From positions 95,439,721-95,474,215 of the forward strand of contig NC_068988.1 in the NCBI RefSeq assembly GCF_001194135.2: a stretch of 34,495 nt of DNA, in the 5' to 3' direction. Every line of letters starts with the position of its first letter. The first letter of the stretch is position 1. This DNA is from Octopus bimaculoides (taxonomy: Eukaryota). The position numbers and the translations under genes are program-made. Below the pieces are notes generated by a model that saw only the letters and a program-made list of their open reading frames with translations, was not told the origin of the DNA and did no database searches. Positions 24,003 to 34,495 of this stretch are shown here, piece after piece.

Positions 24003-24044
24003 ATCATCTGACGAGAGTGACAGTGCGAAACTCGGAGTGACGAC
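24003..24044 (+). ncRNA. Decayed minimal type I hammerhead-like motif
   Basis: ATCAT-CTGACGA-GAGTGACAGTGC-GAAA-CTC-G-GAG-T-G-ACGAC. Core and helix III are intact, helix II is weak, position 17 is G (not cleavable), and helix I is mismatched. Confidence 0.5.
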
Positions 24045-24151
24045 CTGTGAAGATACATTTTTTGAATTTAAAATTACTCAGCTCCGCCTGGCCGAATTAT
24101 TCCGCTTAATTGAATACCATGTAATCATTTTTGGCAGTATACATACATGCG

Positions 24152-24182
<31 letters not shown>

Positions 24183-24289
24183 GTGTGTGCATATATATAT
24201 ATTGTATGTGTGTGTGTACATGTATAAATATATGCAGATGCATACTCTCTCTCTCTCTCACGCAAACACACATACACACACACACATAC

Positions 24290-24321
<32 letters not shown>

Positions 24322-24331
24322 NNNNNNNNNN

Positions 24332-24370
<39 letters not shown>

Positions 24371-25089
24371 TAGATGACAGGCTTAATAACAACCAGTTTG
24401 GAACAGACGCCTAGTATTACAAAAAAAAAAACCAAGGAATGTTAATCCTTGTATTATGCAAATATGGTTATTGAATTTTGATTGAGCATATATAACAACA
24501 ACAACAACAACGATGACGACAAGCTAACATTAAGAAAAACACTGAACATTACGAGCGGCTATCTTATGGCTTGCCATTTGACTGCTTCTTGCTTAGCAAT
24601 AGCAATAACGACCAAATTAAGCTTCCACTTGTCTTCTTTCTGTCTTGTTTTCTTGTCGTTCTTTTTATTTTTTTTATTTTGAAAGAAGAGAGAAGTGGGT
24701 GTCGGTGATTTCATACGGATTACCAATTCTATAAAATAATGTGTGACATCAACTTCTTCACATTTTTCTGAGTTGTGAATTTCAGTGATGCATTTCAAAA
24801 GTTGTCTTCAATCGTGGCACCAGTCGGATAGGATTTCAGCTCTACTTGTTACAAACTACCAACAATTACGGTTTAACATTATTATTTTTACAGACTGATG
24901 CTGTTACAGAATCGGTAGCGCTCCAGGAAAATGTTTTCAGTTTTTAGTTACGTGCTTTTTACGTTCTGACTTCAAATCCAGCTCCGGCCGACTTCGACTT
25001 TGATCTTTCTGGGCCGAAATAATTGTTCCTTCCATATAAAACCTCTGACCCTCTGTCTATGTAAAACGAACAAAACAAAAATAGTTAAT

Positions 25090-25285
25090 GGCAGTGGATT
25101 GGTAGAATTGTTATACGGTCGGAAAAAACGGCATTGTGGTATTTGTTCTAGATCTTTACGATCTGAGTTCAAATCCTGCCCAGGTCAATTTTACCTTTTA
25201 TTCGTCGGGGCGATAAAATAACGTATCATTCAAGTACTAGACCGAATAGTTGAATAACCCTCAAAATTTCAGACCTTGCGTCTAT
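25090..25285 (+). mobile_element. Old SINE family A copy followed by (ATT)n
   Basis: CTGAGTTCAAATCC...GGGGCGATAAAATAA...CAAAATTTCAGACCTTG. A second degenerate head lies at about 24905-25020. Confidence 0.65.
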
Positions 25286-25287
25286 TA

Positions 25288-25321
<34 letters not shown>

Positions 25322-26139
25322 CTTCTTCTTCTTTCACTTTTGTTTCCATTTGTTGCCGAGCGTCTTTTCGAAACCTACAGCAAAGAAATTTGCTGTATAC
25401 ATTGTTAGGCCTTTAAAATAAACACACTAGATTGTTCATTTACAAAACCAAATGAAGTTATGCATCGAAAAAATTATTTACTCGGGTGGTAATCGTTCTC
25501 ACAGCCACAATGCACTTCTCAGTACATGTGACGTACCAATTAAAACAATAATTTGCACTTCCTGCATGGATGGTAAACCAGAGATGATCCTTAAAAAATT
25601 TTCAGTTCCTTTTTTTGATCATTCCCAGTGCTCCTACAATCTCTAGCATTGTAATAAACTTGAGATGTCACATATTTTCGATTTCAGTGACTAAATCTTT
25701 ATATTTTCTTGGCTTGTCAAATTCTTTTTACTGCAATATCGTAACCACAAGGGATACTCGTGTCGATCAATAAACAGACTTTATTGTTTTAGTCTTTCAC
25801 AACAATATACGACTCTTTAGTTTTGATGGGTCTGTCTGTATGTACTGGAAAGTCCCAAAGAATCGTTACATTTTCTCCCTCAATTACAGCTTCAAATAAA
25901 CGAGTGATGGAATGGCCTGTTGTGTTGACGGGGACAGAACCTCGGAAATTTGCGTATAAGAATTTCTATGGTATCCAGCCTCATACAACCAGGCACTTTT
26001 AAATGCGCTCAGTAACGATGCAACACATGTCCCTACATCAACAATTCTATATATCCCTATATCTATTTACATGTATTTATGTATATATGATATTTTCTAT
26101 ATCAAGCCCAATCGTGTTTGTTTATTTGCATCATTATCC

Positions 26140-26174
<35 letters not shown>

Positions 26175-26210
26175 CATACATTCATAAATTCATACATACA
26201 TGCATGTATA

Positions 26211-26262
26211 CAGTTTCCGTCTACCAAATCCACTCACAAGGCTTTGTTCGGCCCGAGGCTAT
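26211..26262 (-). mobile_element. SINE family B internal fragment
   Basis: CAGTTTCCGTCTACCAAATCCACTCACAAGGCTTTGTTCGGCCCGAGGCTAT is the reverse complement of 21460-21515. Confidence 0.88.
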
Positions 26263-26350
26263 GAATTAAGTACCAGTTGCGTACTTGGTCGATCTAATCG
26301 ACTGGCCCCCTCCCCAAAGCATTTCGGGCCTTGTATCTAGAGTAGAAAAA
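26263..26350 (+). mobile_element. SINE family A 3' fragment
   Basis: AATTAAGTACCAGTTGCG...GATCTAATCGACTGGCCCCCTCCCC...GGCCTTGTATCTAGAGTAGAAA. Confidence 0.9.
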
Positions 26351-27441
26351 GATAGAGAGGCAAACAGAGAGATATACAGGCAGACAGATAAACTAAACCG
26401 ACAAATTGACAGACAGGCAGACAGATAGATAGATAGATAGTTACACGGACGGGCAAACATATTATTCCATTCTTTTTCTTAATTTGACAATGTTCCATTC
26501 TTAAATTAATGAAATTTTAGTATTTCATCCAATGTTTACAGCACATTTCAAATGATCACTATTTATTACAAGGAAGTGTGAAAACGCTTCTTTTCTTTTA
26601 TCAAAATACGGTCAGATTTAGCTGAATCTATTTTTACGTTAATCTAGAAATTATTAAACAATTATTAAACATTTTATTTCTCCTGTTAATCATTAAACGC
26701 TGAACTGTGATTGTTTATCGATGCAGTATATATAAATATATATAGTTAAGCTTTGGTTGATTATCAATATGACCTTCGTGCGTACAGATTAACATTAATT
26801 AATTATTGTTTTGACAAATCAATAAGCTTTGTCTGTAAATAGAAGAATCAATACAGGGAAGTGTTATTGGACGATAATTGATTTAGTAGTCAATAAACAT
26901 TAAGAAACAACGGCTAAACACAAACTATACATATAGGTCCTACAATGTGAAATTCATTAACTCATATTAGCAATTTATGACTAACACCTAAGACATAAAA
27001 TACAAACCAAAGGCTGCTTATTTTCATTGATGGCCGGAGTTCACAACGATATGGAAGCCTGTTAACGCCTATATTACTTCTATCAATAATAATAATAGTA
27101 ATAGCTTCTCTTTATGTGTTTAAGGATCAATAAGGAACAATTAGACTACCGTACAATACAAACAATTGCCCAGCAGATATTGGAGCGGAGTATCAAACAC
27201 ACGCGTTATATATTATATATAGTAATCTGTATGTATGTATTTCTATTTATTTTAGCGCTTGTGTATGGGTGTTTGTATGAATAATGCAGCCATACTGTGT
27301 ATATATGACGTACCAACGTGTGTATCTATTTTTAGATAGAAAGATAGACATACGCACATACATACATATATTTATATATATACACACACACATACATGCA
27401 TGAATTCAAAAATACATGTAGCTATGTATATGTGTGTATGC

Positions 27442-27511
<70 letters not shown>

Positions 27512-27525
27512 GTATATATATATAT

Positions 27526-27914
27526 ATTTCTTTTATTTGTTTCAGCCATTTGATTGTGGCCATGCTGGAGCACCGCCTTTAGTCCAACGAAATCGACCCC
27601 AAGGCTTATTCTTTGTAAGCCTAGTACTTAATCTATGGGTCCCTTTTGACGAACCGCTAAGTTACGGGGACATAAACACGCCAAAATCGATTGTCAAGCG
27701 ATGGTGAGGGGGGACAAACATAGACACATAAACATATATATATATATATATATATATACGACAGGCTTCTTTCCGTTTTTGTCTACCAAATCCATTCACA
27801 AGGCTTTGGTTGGCACCAGGCTATAGTAGAAAACATTTGCCCAAAGTGCCATGCAGTGGGACTGAATCCAGAACCATGTGGTTGGTAAGCAAGTTACTTA
27901 CCTCACAGCCACAC
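27526..27914 (-). mobile_element. SINE family B, full length
   Basis: Reverse complement is colinear with 21371-21800, including an internal (TA)n tract at the same position. Confidence 0.92.
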
Positions 27915-28578
27915 TTGAGCCCATATATATATATATATATATATANNNNNNNNNNNNNNNNNNNNNNNNNNNNNNNNNNNNNNNNNNNNNNNNNNNNNNN
28001 NNNNNNNNNNNNNNNNNNNNNNNNNNNNNNNNNNNNNNNNNNNNNATATATATATATATATACACGTACATACATATATAGTGTGCGTACTTTATACATA
28101 CGTGCATGTATGCATAGTTGGATACATAATCCCAAATCCTTTAAATATAAAATAAAAATTAGATGTAACAAAAAACATCATTTTGCTAAAAACAAAAATC
28201 GCCAACCAAAATAATCAACTGCAGCACTAAATAAATGATTCTTTGAATAATCTAACCTTTTGTTAGAAAGGAGCATCTTAAAGAAATTATTTCGATGCCT
28301 TCATTTGATAATTCTTACTGTTTTTGTTGTAGCAGTCTTTGAGCGTTCAGATATTATAAAGCCATATTTTGTTGGCCTCTAACCGTAGGATTTATCGGGA
28401 GACAGATATCGAAATTACATAGCGGAAATGCTTATGTAAATATTAAAAGCCGTGTGTGAACGGACGCAGTGGAAGCGACAGAGATGGAATAAAACAAGAA
28501 TGAAGACAAAAACCAGATACTTTTATCCTGTCTGTTAAACGTAACTATATCTCGACACAATCTTTTTTTCGTTCTCAG

Positions 28579-28702
28579 ACAAGCGACGTACCAAACAATC
28601 AGTCGGATCAAGGGAACAATAAATTTAGCGATAAAATAGCCATATGTTTCAACGATGTCATTCACATTGCAGTAGAAACTCATCATCAATCTTATAAGAC
28701 CG
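28579..28702 (+). other. Candidate internal exon (124 nt) of an unidentified transcript
   Basis: Acceptor CTTTTTTTCGTTCTCAG| and donor G|GTAAGC; open frame TSDVPNNQSDQGNNKFSDKIAICFNDVIHIAVETHHQSYKT. No recognisable homology. Confidence 0.25.
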
Positions 28703-30553
28703 GTAAGCCAAGTTGGATGAAGTAAAGGAAGAGAATGTGGTGTATGATAGATAAAGACGATCGAACGAAAAGCAATGATTGCAGGGCAAAGCGAGATAGG
28801 TTGAGCTTAGTACTAGACAAAACATCCGGATTGCTAACTTTCCGGGCCAAGTCAACAGAGGAAGACACCGAAAGACATCGATTTTCATGTGACATCTTAA
28901 TTAGTAACTGTCCATTCAACGTCAAATTCTATATCTATGGGTTTTTGGTTTCGGTTTTTTTTTTCTTTCCTTCTTTCATTTTTTCATCTTTTTTTTTTTT
29001 TTAACTTTCAAACTGGTTTGTCTATTTAATGAAACGATGATTAACATCTTCTTTGACCTAAAATACTAACCATGAAAGATTGAAACGTTTCTGTTGACAA
29101 TATCTCTCACTCACAATATATAATTTTGACTTTAGCAGAGACAGTATTTCAAATATATTTAGTCTATTGTTAATTTTTCAACTCTATGAAACTTGAATAT
29201 GTTCAAGGACTGTCTAAAGGAAATTGATATCAGTTTTTTTTTTTTTCTTTTTAACTTTTCTTTACAAACATTTTATTTTCATTTCATATTTTCACTATAC
29301 TACCGAGCGCAGCCTTGTGAGCCAGGGTCGCCTGCAGTGTTTTGTTCTGATTTTGCATTTTCTATTGTATCGAAAGTGCACTAAATAATATGTTCGCAGT
29401 GTCTGCCGTGTTGTTTCCTGTTTATTGTGTTATACTTGTAAGTTCTGGTTTTGCATTTATTTACCACAGGAACGTCGGACAAAGGGCAGCGGGGGCGAGG
29501 TATTGCAAAGACATGTGAAGGTTCAACCACAGTAGGTCTAGTCCAGCTTGACCGACTGACCACTGGAGAACGCCCATTTTAGGTGAAGAGCAGGAGTTGC
29601 AATCTAGTCAAACGAAAACTGAGGTAGAGAACGATGGCCGGGCGATAATTCGTGATGGGTCGTGCGATGCAAGTAATTGGTACCTCAACTCGAACGTTCA
29701 GGGCTGACTTCCTCTCAGCCTATTTCTGTCCGTTACCTCGACCCAGCTCCTGTTTATCTGCCGGTGTTTCAATGACCACCTGCAGGCAGACAGTTTAATC
29801 AGTTCGTTTTTCCGACGTCCCACGACGTTATTCAATGTCATAGACTTGCTTTTCTACGAACCACGCTGCATAAGCATCGATTTTTTCCGGATTTATCGTT
29901 ACTTCAAACTCGTATTCCTTTACAATGTGCTGCCCAAAGTCACCAGCTCGAAAGGAATGGTTCTCTACACTTGTAGCTTCTGTAGTTATAACTCGATAGC
30001 CAACACGCGCAGGAGAGATCAGAAAAGACACCGCAGGTTTAACGAGAATGCAATATGTAGCTTCCAATCAGTGACTGTTCACTTTTACTTGATGCAGATA
30101 TGAGCCAGTCTCTGAAAACGGGTTGGAAACTAACCGATTTTACAATTGCTGCCAAGAAACGATGACCAGCTTTATCGAAAGCATTCAATGGATCCAAGCA
30201 ATGTTTGTTTCCTATCCTCTCTATGATGCATAGCATGTGATAAATGTTGTGGTTGGAGCTATCGGGGGTTGCACTTATTTGTGCTTTTTCGTCCTTACCC
30301 TCGACAACAAACACCTACCATTTGGCAATGCTGCGTCTACCTTTCGATAACCTGGCCTGGCCTCTGTCTATGTCAACTGTGCACACCACAAATTTGTGGC
30401 ACTGTTTTTATTGTCGTTCACATCGAGTGCTACAGATCAAGGAATATCGTATGGACCTCTGAATTCAATACTCCCCTCTACAGCGCTGCAACTCTGCTTC
30501 ACAATCTCGTCAGACCACAAAATGAGTAAGGATGTACGTGAAGGCGTGTGTGA

Positions 30554-30596
<43 letters not shown>

Positions 30597-30597
30597 G

Positions 30598-30780
30598 CTG
30601 CGTGGCCAGAATGTTGCATTCACAATCGCTAGGTCGTAGGTTCTATTCCCAGACCGAGTAGTGCGTTGTGTTCTTGAGTAACTCACCCTACAATGGACCA
30701 GGGTGGATGTTGGCCTGCTCACCTACCCGGGGTGGCATCATTCGAAAGCTCAAACGACGCAAAGCGCATTGTGGCCAGCG
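30598..30780 (+). mobile_element. SINE family E copy with an internal deletion
   Basis: Shares head, GTTCTATTCCC, TGTGTTCTTG, CACCCTACAATGGAC and tail motifs with 11100-11355. Confidence 0.65.
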
Positions 30781-30782
30781 AA

Positions 30783-30847
30783 CAGAGACGGGTGAGAGAG
30801 AGAGGATAGAGAGAGAGACAGACAGACAGACAGACGAGGAGAGAGGG

Positions 30848-30878
<31 letters not shown>

Positions 30879-30967
30879 GGGGGAGAGAGAGAGAGAGAGA
30901 GAGAAGGAAGGAAGTGAGGAAAGAAAGGATACACATACATTCACGCGCGCACAGACAGACAGGAGGC

Positions 30968-31010
<43 letters not shown>

Positions 31011-31015
31011 CAATG
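30783..31015. repeat. Compound (GA)n/(GACA)n/(GATA)n block
   Basis: Read directly. Confidence 0.9.
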
Positions 31016-32009
31016 CAAATGATAGAGATATGTGGAAGAAGTGAGAGGCGGCTGTGTTTGGGCGATTGCTGATGTGATAATCAGTCTGCAAAGTGCGGTG
31101 TCAGTGTTGTTTAAGAACGCATCATGAAACAGTGCGGTTGCAGTGACTCCCCTGACATTGCTGGTCGCTGCTGCAGGACTCTGACGACACGAGCAGCTGT
31201 AAAAGGCGGTCGGAAAGCAACGACGAAAAATGGAACGAGGAAATAGAGAAGGATACGTTTGAGATAATAATTAGAAATGGCGGGAACTGGTGTAACGGAA
31301 ATAAGAAATGGGGGAGGGGAAATAGAGAAACTGTCGGGTTGCAGAAGATGGAGACGGATGGAAGGAAGAAATAGAGAGATAAAGAAAGCAGGAGCGTGGA
31401 ATGACGGTAGGGATCCACAGAGTGAGGAAGACAAGAAAGATGGAAGACAGGCAGAAAAAAAAAATAGAGCAAAAGAGGGAGGAAAGAAGAAAGAAGAGGA
31501 AAAGCAAACAACAGGAATTAAAATAAGAAAAAGAAAGAGAGAATTGAGATGTCATTGGAGAGAGTTTGTTGTTTGTAAACAGTTTTGTCATTGATCATAA
31601 TCTAGAGTGACAGTGAGAGGAGGGAAAAGGAAGAGGGGGATTTATGAGCGGAGAGTCAGGGAGGGAACGAAAAGGAAGACTAGTGTATTGGGTAGAAGAA
31701 TGAGGTGGAGGTTTAGAAGTATAGAGGTAGAAATGGTGGAAGGAGAGAAGTGGAGTGGTAGGGTGAGATGAGGAAATTGGGGAGGAACGAAGAGTGGAAG
31801 GTGAAGGAGTAGAGAGGGAATAGCTTCATTGGCGGAACATACATACATTCATACAGTGGGGGTGCGCAAAAGTAGGTATACAGCTGTTTGTGACTCAAGC
31901 ATTCATTTAAAGTCCCCAGAAATTAAAAAAGAGGACTCCCAATGAATCAGGCAGCGCCTGCAGATCCCTTCGTTGACTTATGAGTCCCTTCAGCTTAAAA
32001 CAAATCCTG

Positions 32010-32312
32010 GCATTCCGTCGGTTACGACGACGAGGGTTCCAGTTGATCCGATCAACGGAACAGCCTGCTCGTGAAATTAACGTGCAAGTGGCTGAGCACT
32101 CCACAGACACGTGTACCCTTAACGTAGTTCTCGGGGAAATTCAGCCTGACACAAAGTGTGACAAAGCTAGTCCCTTTGAAATACAGGTACAACAGAGGCT
32201 GGAAGTAAGAGTGAGAGAAAGTTGTGGTGAAAGAGTACAGCAAGGTTCGCCACCATCCCCTGCCGGAGCCTCTTTAGGTGTTTTCGCTCAATAAACACTC
32301 ACAAGGCTCGGT
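32010..32312 (-). mobile_element. SINE 'family C', head truncated
   Basis: Tail is nearly colinear with 18992-19171; the middle section (TTGTGAGTGTTTATTGAGCGAAAACACC...) differs from the CORE-like copies. Confidence 0.88.
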
Positions 32313-32371
32313 TAAAACAGAGAAGTGAAAAGAACATTCCACTCATATTAAGCATGACACCTGCGTGACAC

Positions 32372-32432
32372 CTCGAGCCGACCAAAACCTCGTGAGTGGA
32401 TTTTGTAGATGGAAACTGAAAGAAGCCCATCC
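32372..32432 (+). mobile_element. SINE family B internal fragment
   Basis: CTCGAGCCGACCAAAACCTCGTGAGTGGATTTTGTAGATGGAAACTGAAAGAAGCCC. Confidence 0.85.
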
Positions 32433-33141
32433 TAAATGCACGCATACATATATACACATACACAGGGAGCACTAGCATTTCAGATCAACCCGTCCTCCTC
32501 TCACCGACCACAAATCAATAAATAACAAACCTCAACTTCAAATATCTCTATAAAACAACTCCAACAACAATAAAAACGTGTCATATGATATTGAACCCAT
32601 TCTTCGCCAATTGGAAGTCCGGCATTGATTTACACTTTTATTGTAATTTGTTTTTTGATTGGGGCGTTTTTTAATGTTTTCTTATCTTCTTCAGGTATTC
32701 AAATGATGACAAGGAGTAAAAGATTATTGGATTTTTGCCAATGACATTTGTTAATCTATTAATCTGGCGGTCATGTTTGTATAAGTCAGAGTATGCAGTT
32801 GTTTACCGATCGCCCACTCAACCGCCATTCCCCCCCCTGCTGCCGACACCGCTGCCGGTAGTGTTTGTTCATACGTTAGTTTTTCTATGGCTGTACAAAA
32901 TGTCACTCGTAAGAGAACAGGTTCTTTCAAACGTGTAGCTTTTCCTTCTAAATATCGGAAGATCTACGTGCATCAGTTGAAATATGCCACTGAGCAGAGA
33001 CAGACGTTTGCAGAGTCAAGCTTTCGCTTCCCCAGCCGTACTCATTTCACTGCTCTTAGGTCACTGATCGTTTGTACGTTGTGGAACTGTATGTTCTCAG
33101 TTCAAATTACACTGAGGCCAACTTAGTCTTTCCTGCCTCTG

Positions 33142-33250
33142 GAACCATGCTGCAGCACCGCTTTCAAAACCTTTTGGTCGATTCTATTGACCCCAATCAT
33201 TTAATTTTTTTTTTTTTTTTTGAAGCCTGGTACTTATTCTATCCACTGAA
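33142..33250 (-). mobile_element. SINE family B 3' fragment, diverged
   Basis: CCATGCTGCAGCACCGC...GTCGA...GACCCCA...AAGCCTGGTACTTATTCTATC matches 27559-27640. Confidence 0.7.
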
Positions 33251-33975
33251 CCGGGCGCCTTTATAACGCTGTACATGTATTTGGATAGATAGGTAGATAG
33301 ATAGATAGATAGATATTTTGGTTAAAATATCATTTTTAATAAATTTTATCTTTATACAACATAACAATATTGTTTATAAACAATCACCCATTGTACCCCA
33401 TGATAACATTTCCTCTGTATTAACATCATAGGTTTTATTAGCGTCTTGCCCCTTTAACTGATAATTAACATCTTGATTTGGGATCTCCCCCTACCCAGCC
33501 TCCTTTATACTAATCCTAAAAAATTAGTATAAAGTTACTTTATACTAATCCTAAAAAAACTCTACAATATTTATGACCGTACCCAGCTATGTGCTGTCAA
33601 CTCACTCCTGTCCTTGATTCTAAACAGACACAATCCTGTAGTCTTAGATTTGGTAGTTGATAAAGAATTAATAAATTAAAAATGAACCACAATCCTTTAC
33701 AAGCTAAGACCCCCAACAAGAAGTGTGGTATATTGTTAGCTACATTAGTAGCAACATGGATTCTTTCCATCTGCTTGCTCAATTAGAGTATTTGAGTAAA
33801 ATTATATTAATGTGTCCAACTGAATAAAAAATTCTATTTATTTATTCATGCAGCTGAGGATAGCCTTGCATTTAAATGACTGCATTGTTCAATTAAATGG
33901 AGCCGCTTGAAACGGTTGTACTGCATCACCTCTTGATATCCTGTTGCTTGTTTTGATTATATATATATATATATA

Positions 33976-34250
33976 TGGTGGTTGTCTACTCCTTAAACAG
34001 AGTTTGACCACCTCCTGCACCTACACCTTAGCCCTTTCATGGCGTCTGATGTGACTTTTTAAACCAGACAGTGTTTTGAAAAAACACCCACACAGATTGC
34101 ACCTCTGATTTGCACTACCAATACCTGCAAGTAAGTTCTGCTCATTGTGGATCCTAACATGTCTTTTAAGACCCCCATTGGATTTGCAAACCCTCTGGCA
34201 CACACCACATTCAAACGTGTGCACAGACATATAATCAGAATAGCTGGGTG
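33976..34250 (-). mobile_element. Two-finger C2H2 fragment, probably the 3' end of a LINE (RTE-like)
   Basis: 69-aa ORF at 34230-34021, MSVHTFECGVCQRVCKSNGGLKRHVRIH...CNLCGCFFKTLSGLKSHIRRHERAKV. Two exact C-x2-C-x12-H-x3-H fingers with a 15-aa non-TGEKP linker, then a 45-nt 3' segment and a (TA)n tail. The fingers are certain; LINE origin is inferred. Confidence 0.6.
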
Positions 34251-34276
34251 AGGTATATATACATACATACACACAT

Positions 34277-34495
<219 letters not shown>

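Noticed and set aside
29966-30040. YTCSFCSY...KRHRR zinc-finger look-alike
   Set aside because: There are 15 residues between the second Cys and the His, and no second His; it is not a valid C2H2 finger.
29828-30067. Protein-like minus-strand ORF (GQHIVKEYEFEVTINPEKIDAYAAWFVEK)
   Set aside because: No recognisable domain or supporting splice sites, and it overlaps an equally long plus-strand ORF. It needs a BLASTP/TBLASTN search before any call.
31181-31225. CTGACGA...GAAA hammerhead-like spacing
   Set aside because: Helix II is poor and there is no helix III, UH site or helix I.

Overview
AT-rich eukaryotic (not prokaryotic) DNA from a gapped short-read assembly, with about 11 N-gaps mostly flanked by microsatellites. 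The mix of dense (AT)n/(GT)n/(GATA)n microsatellites and several tRNA-headed SINE families points to an Octopus genome (inference from repeat content, not a database hit). I recognise no host protein-coding gene, and most ORF-track entries are microsatellite or gap artefacts. Supportable content: more than 20 SINE copies or fragments from about five families; two R4/Dong-type LINE relics (RT and restriction-like endonuclease); a two-finger C2H2 fragment that is probably a LINE 3' end; a 334-bp insert between 19-bp direct repeats; and a 260-bp foldback element. There is also a candidate TATA/Inr promoter and a candidate pair of orphan exons. The most interesting signal is three minimal hammerhead-ribozyme-like motifs of the type known from Penelope-like elements. 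Two form a sense/antisense foldback at 12.75-12.86 kb and a decayed one lies at 24.0 kb; the minus-strand motif and the 24.0-kb motif share the helix III ACTC-N-GAGT.
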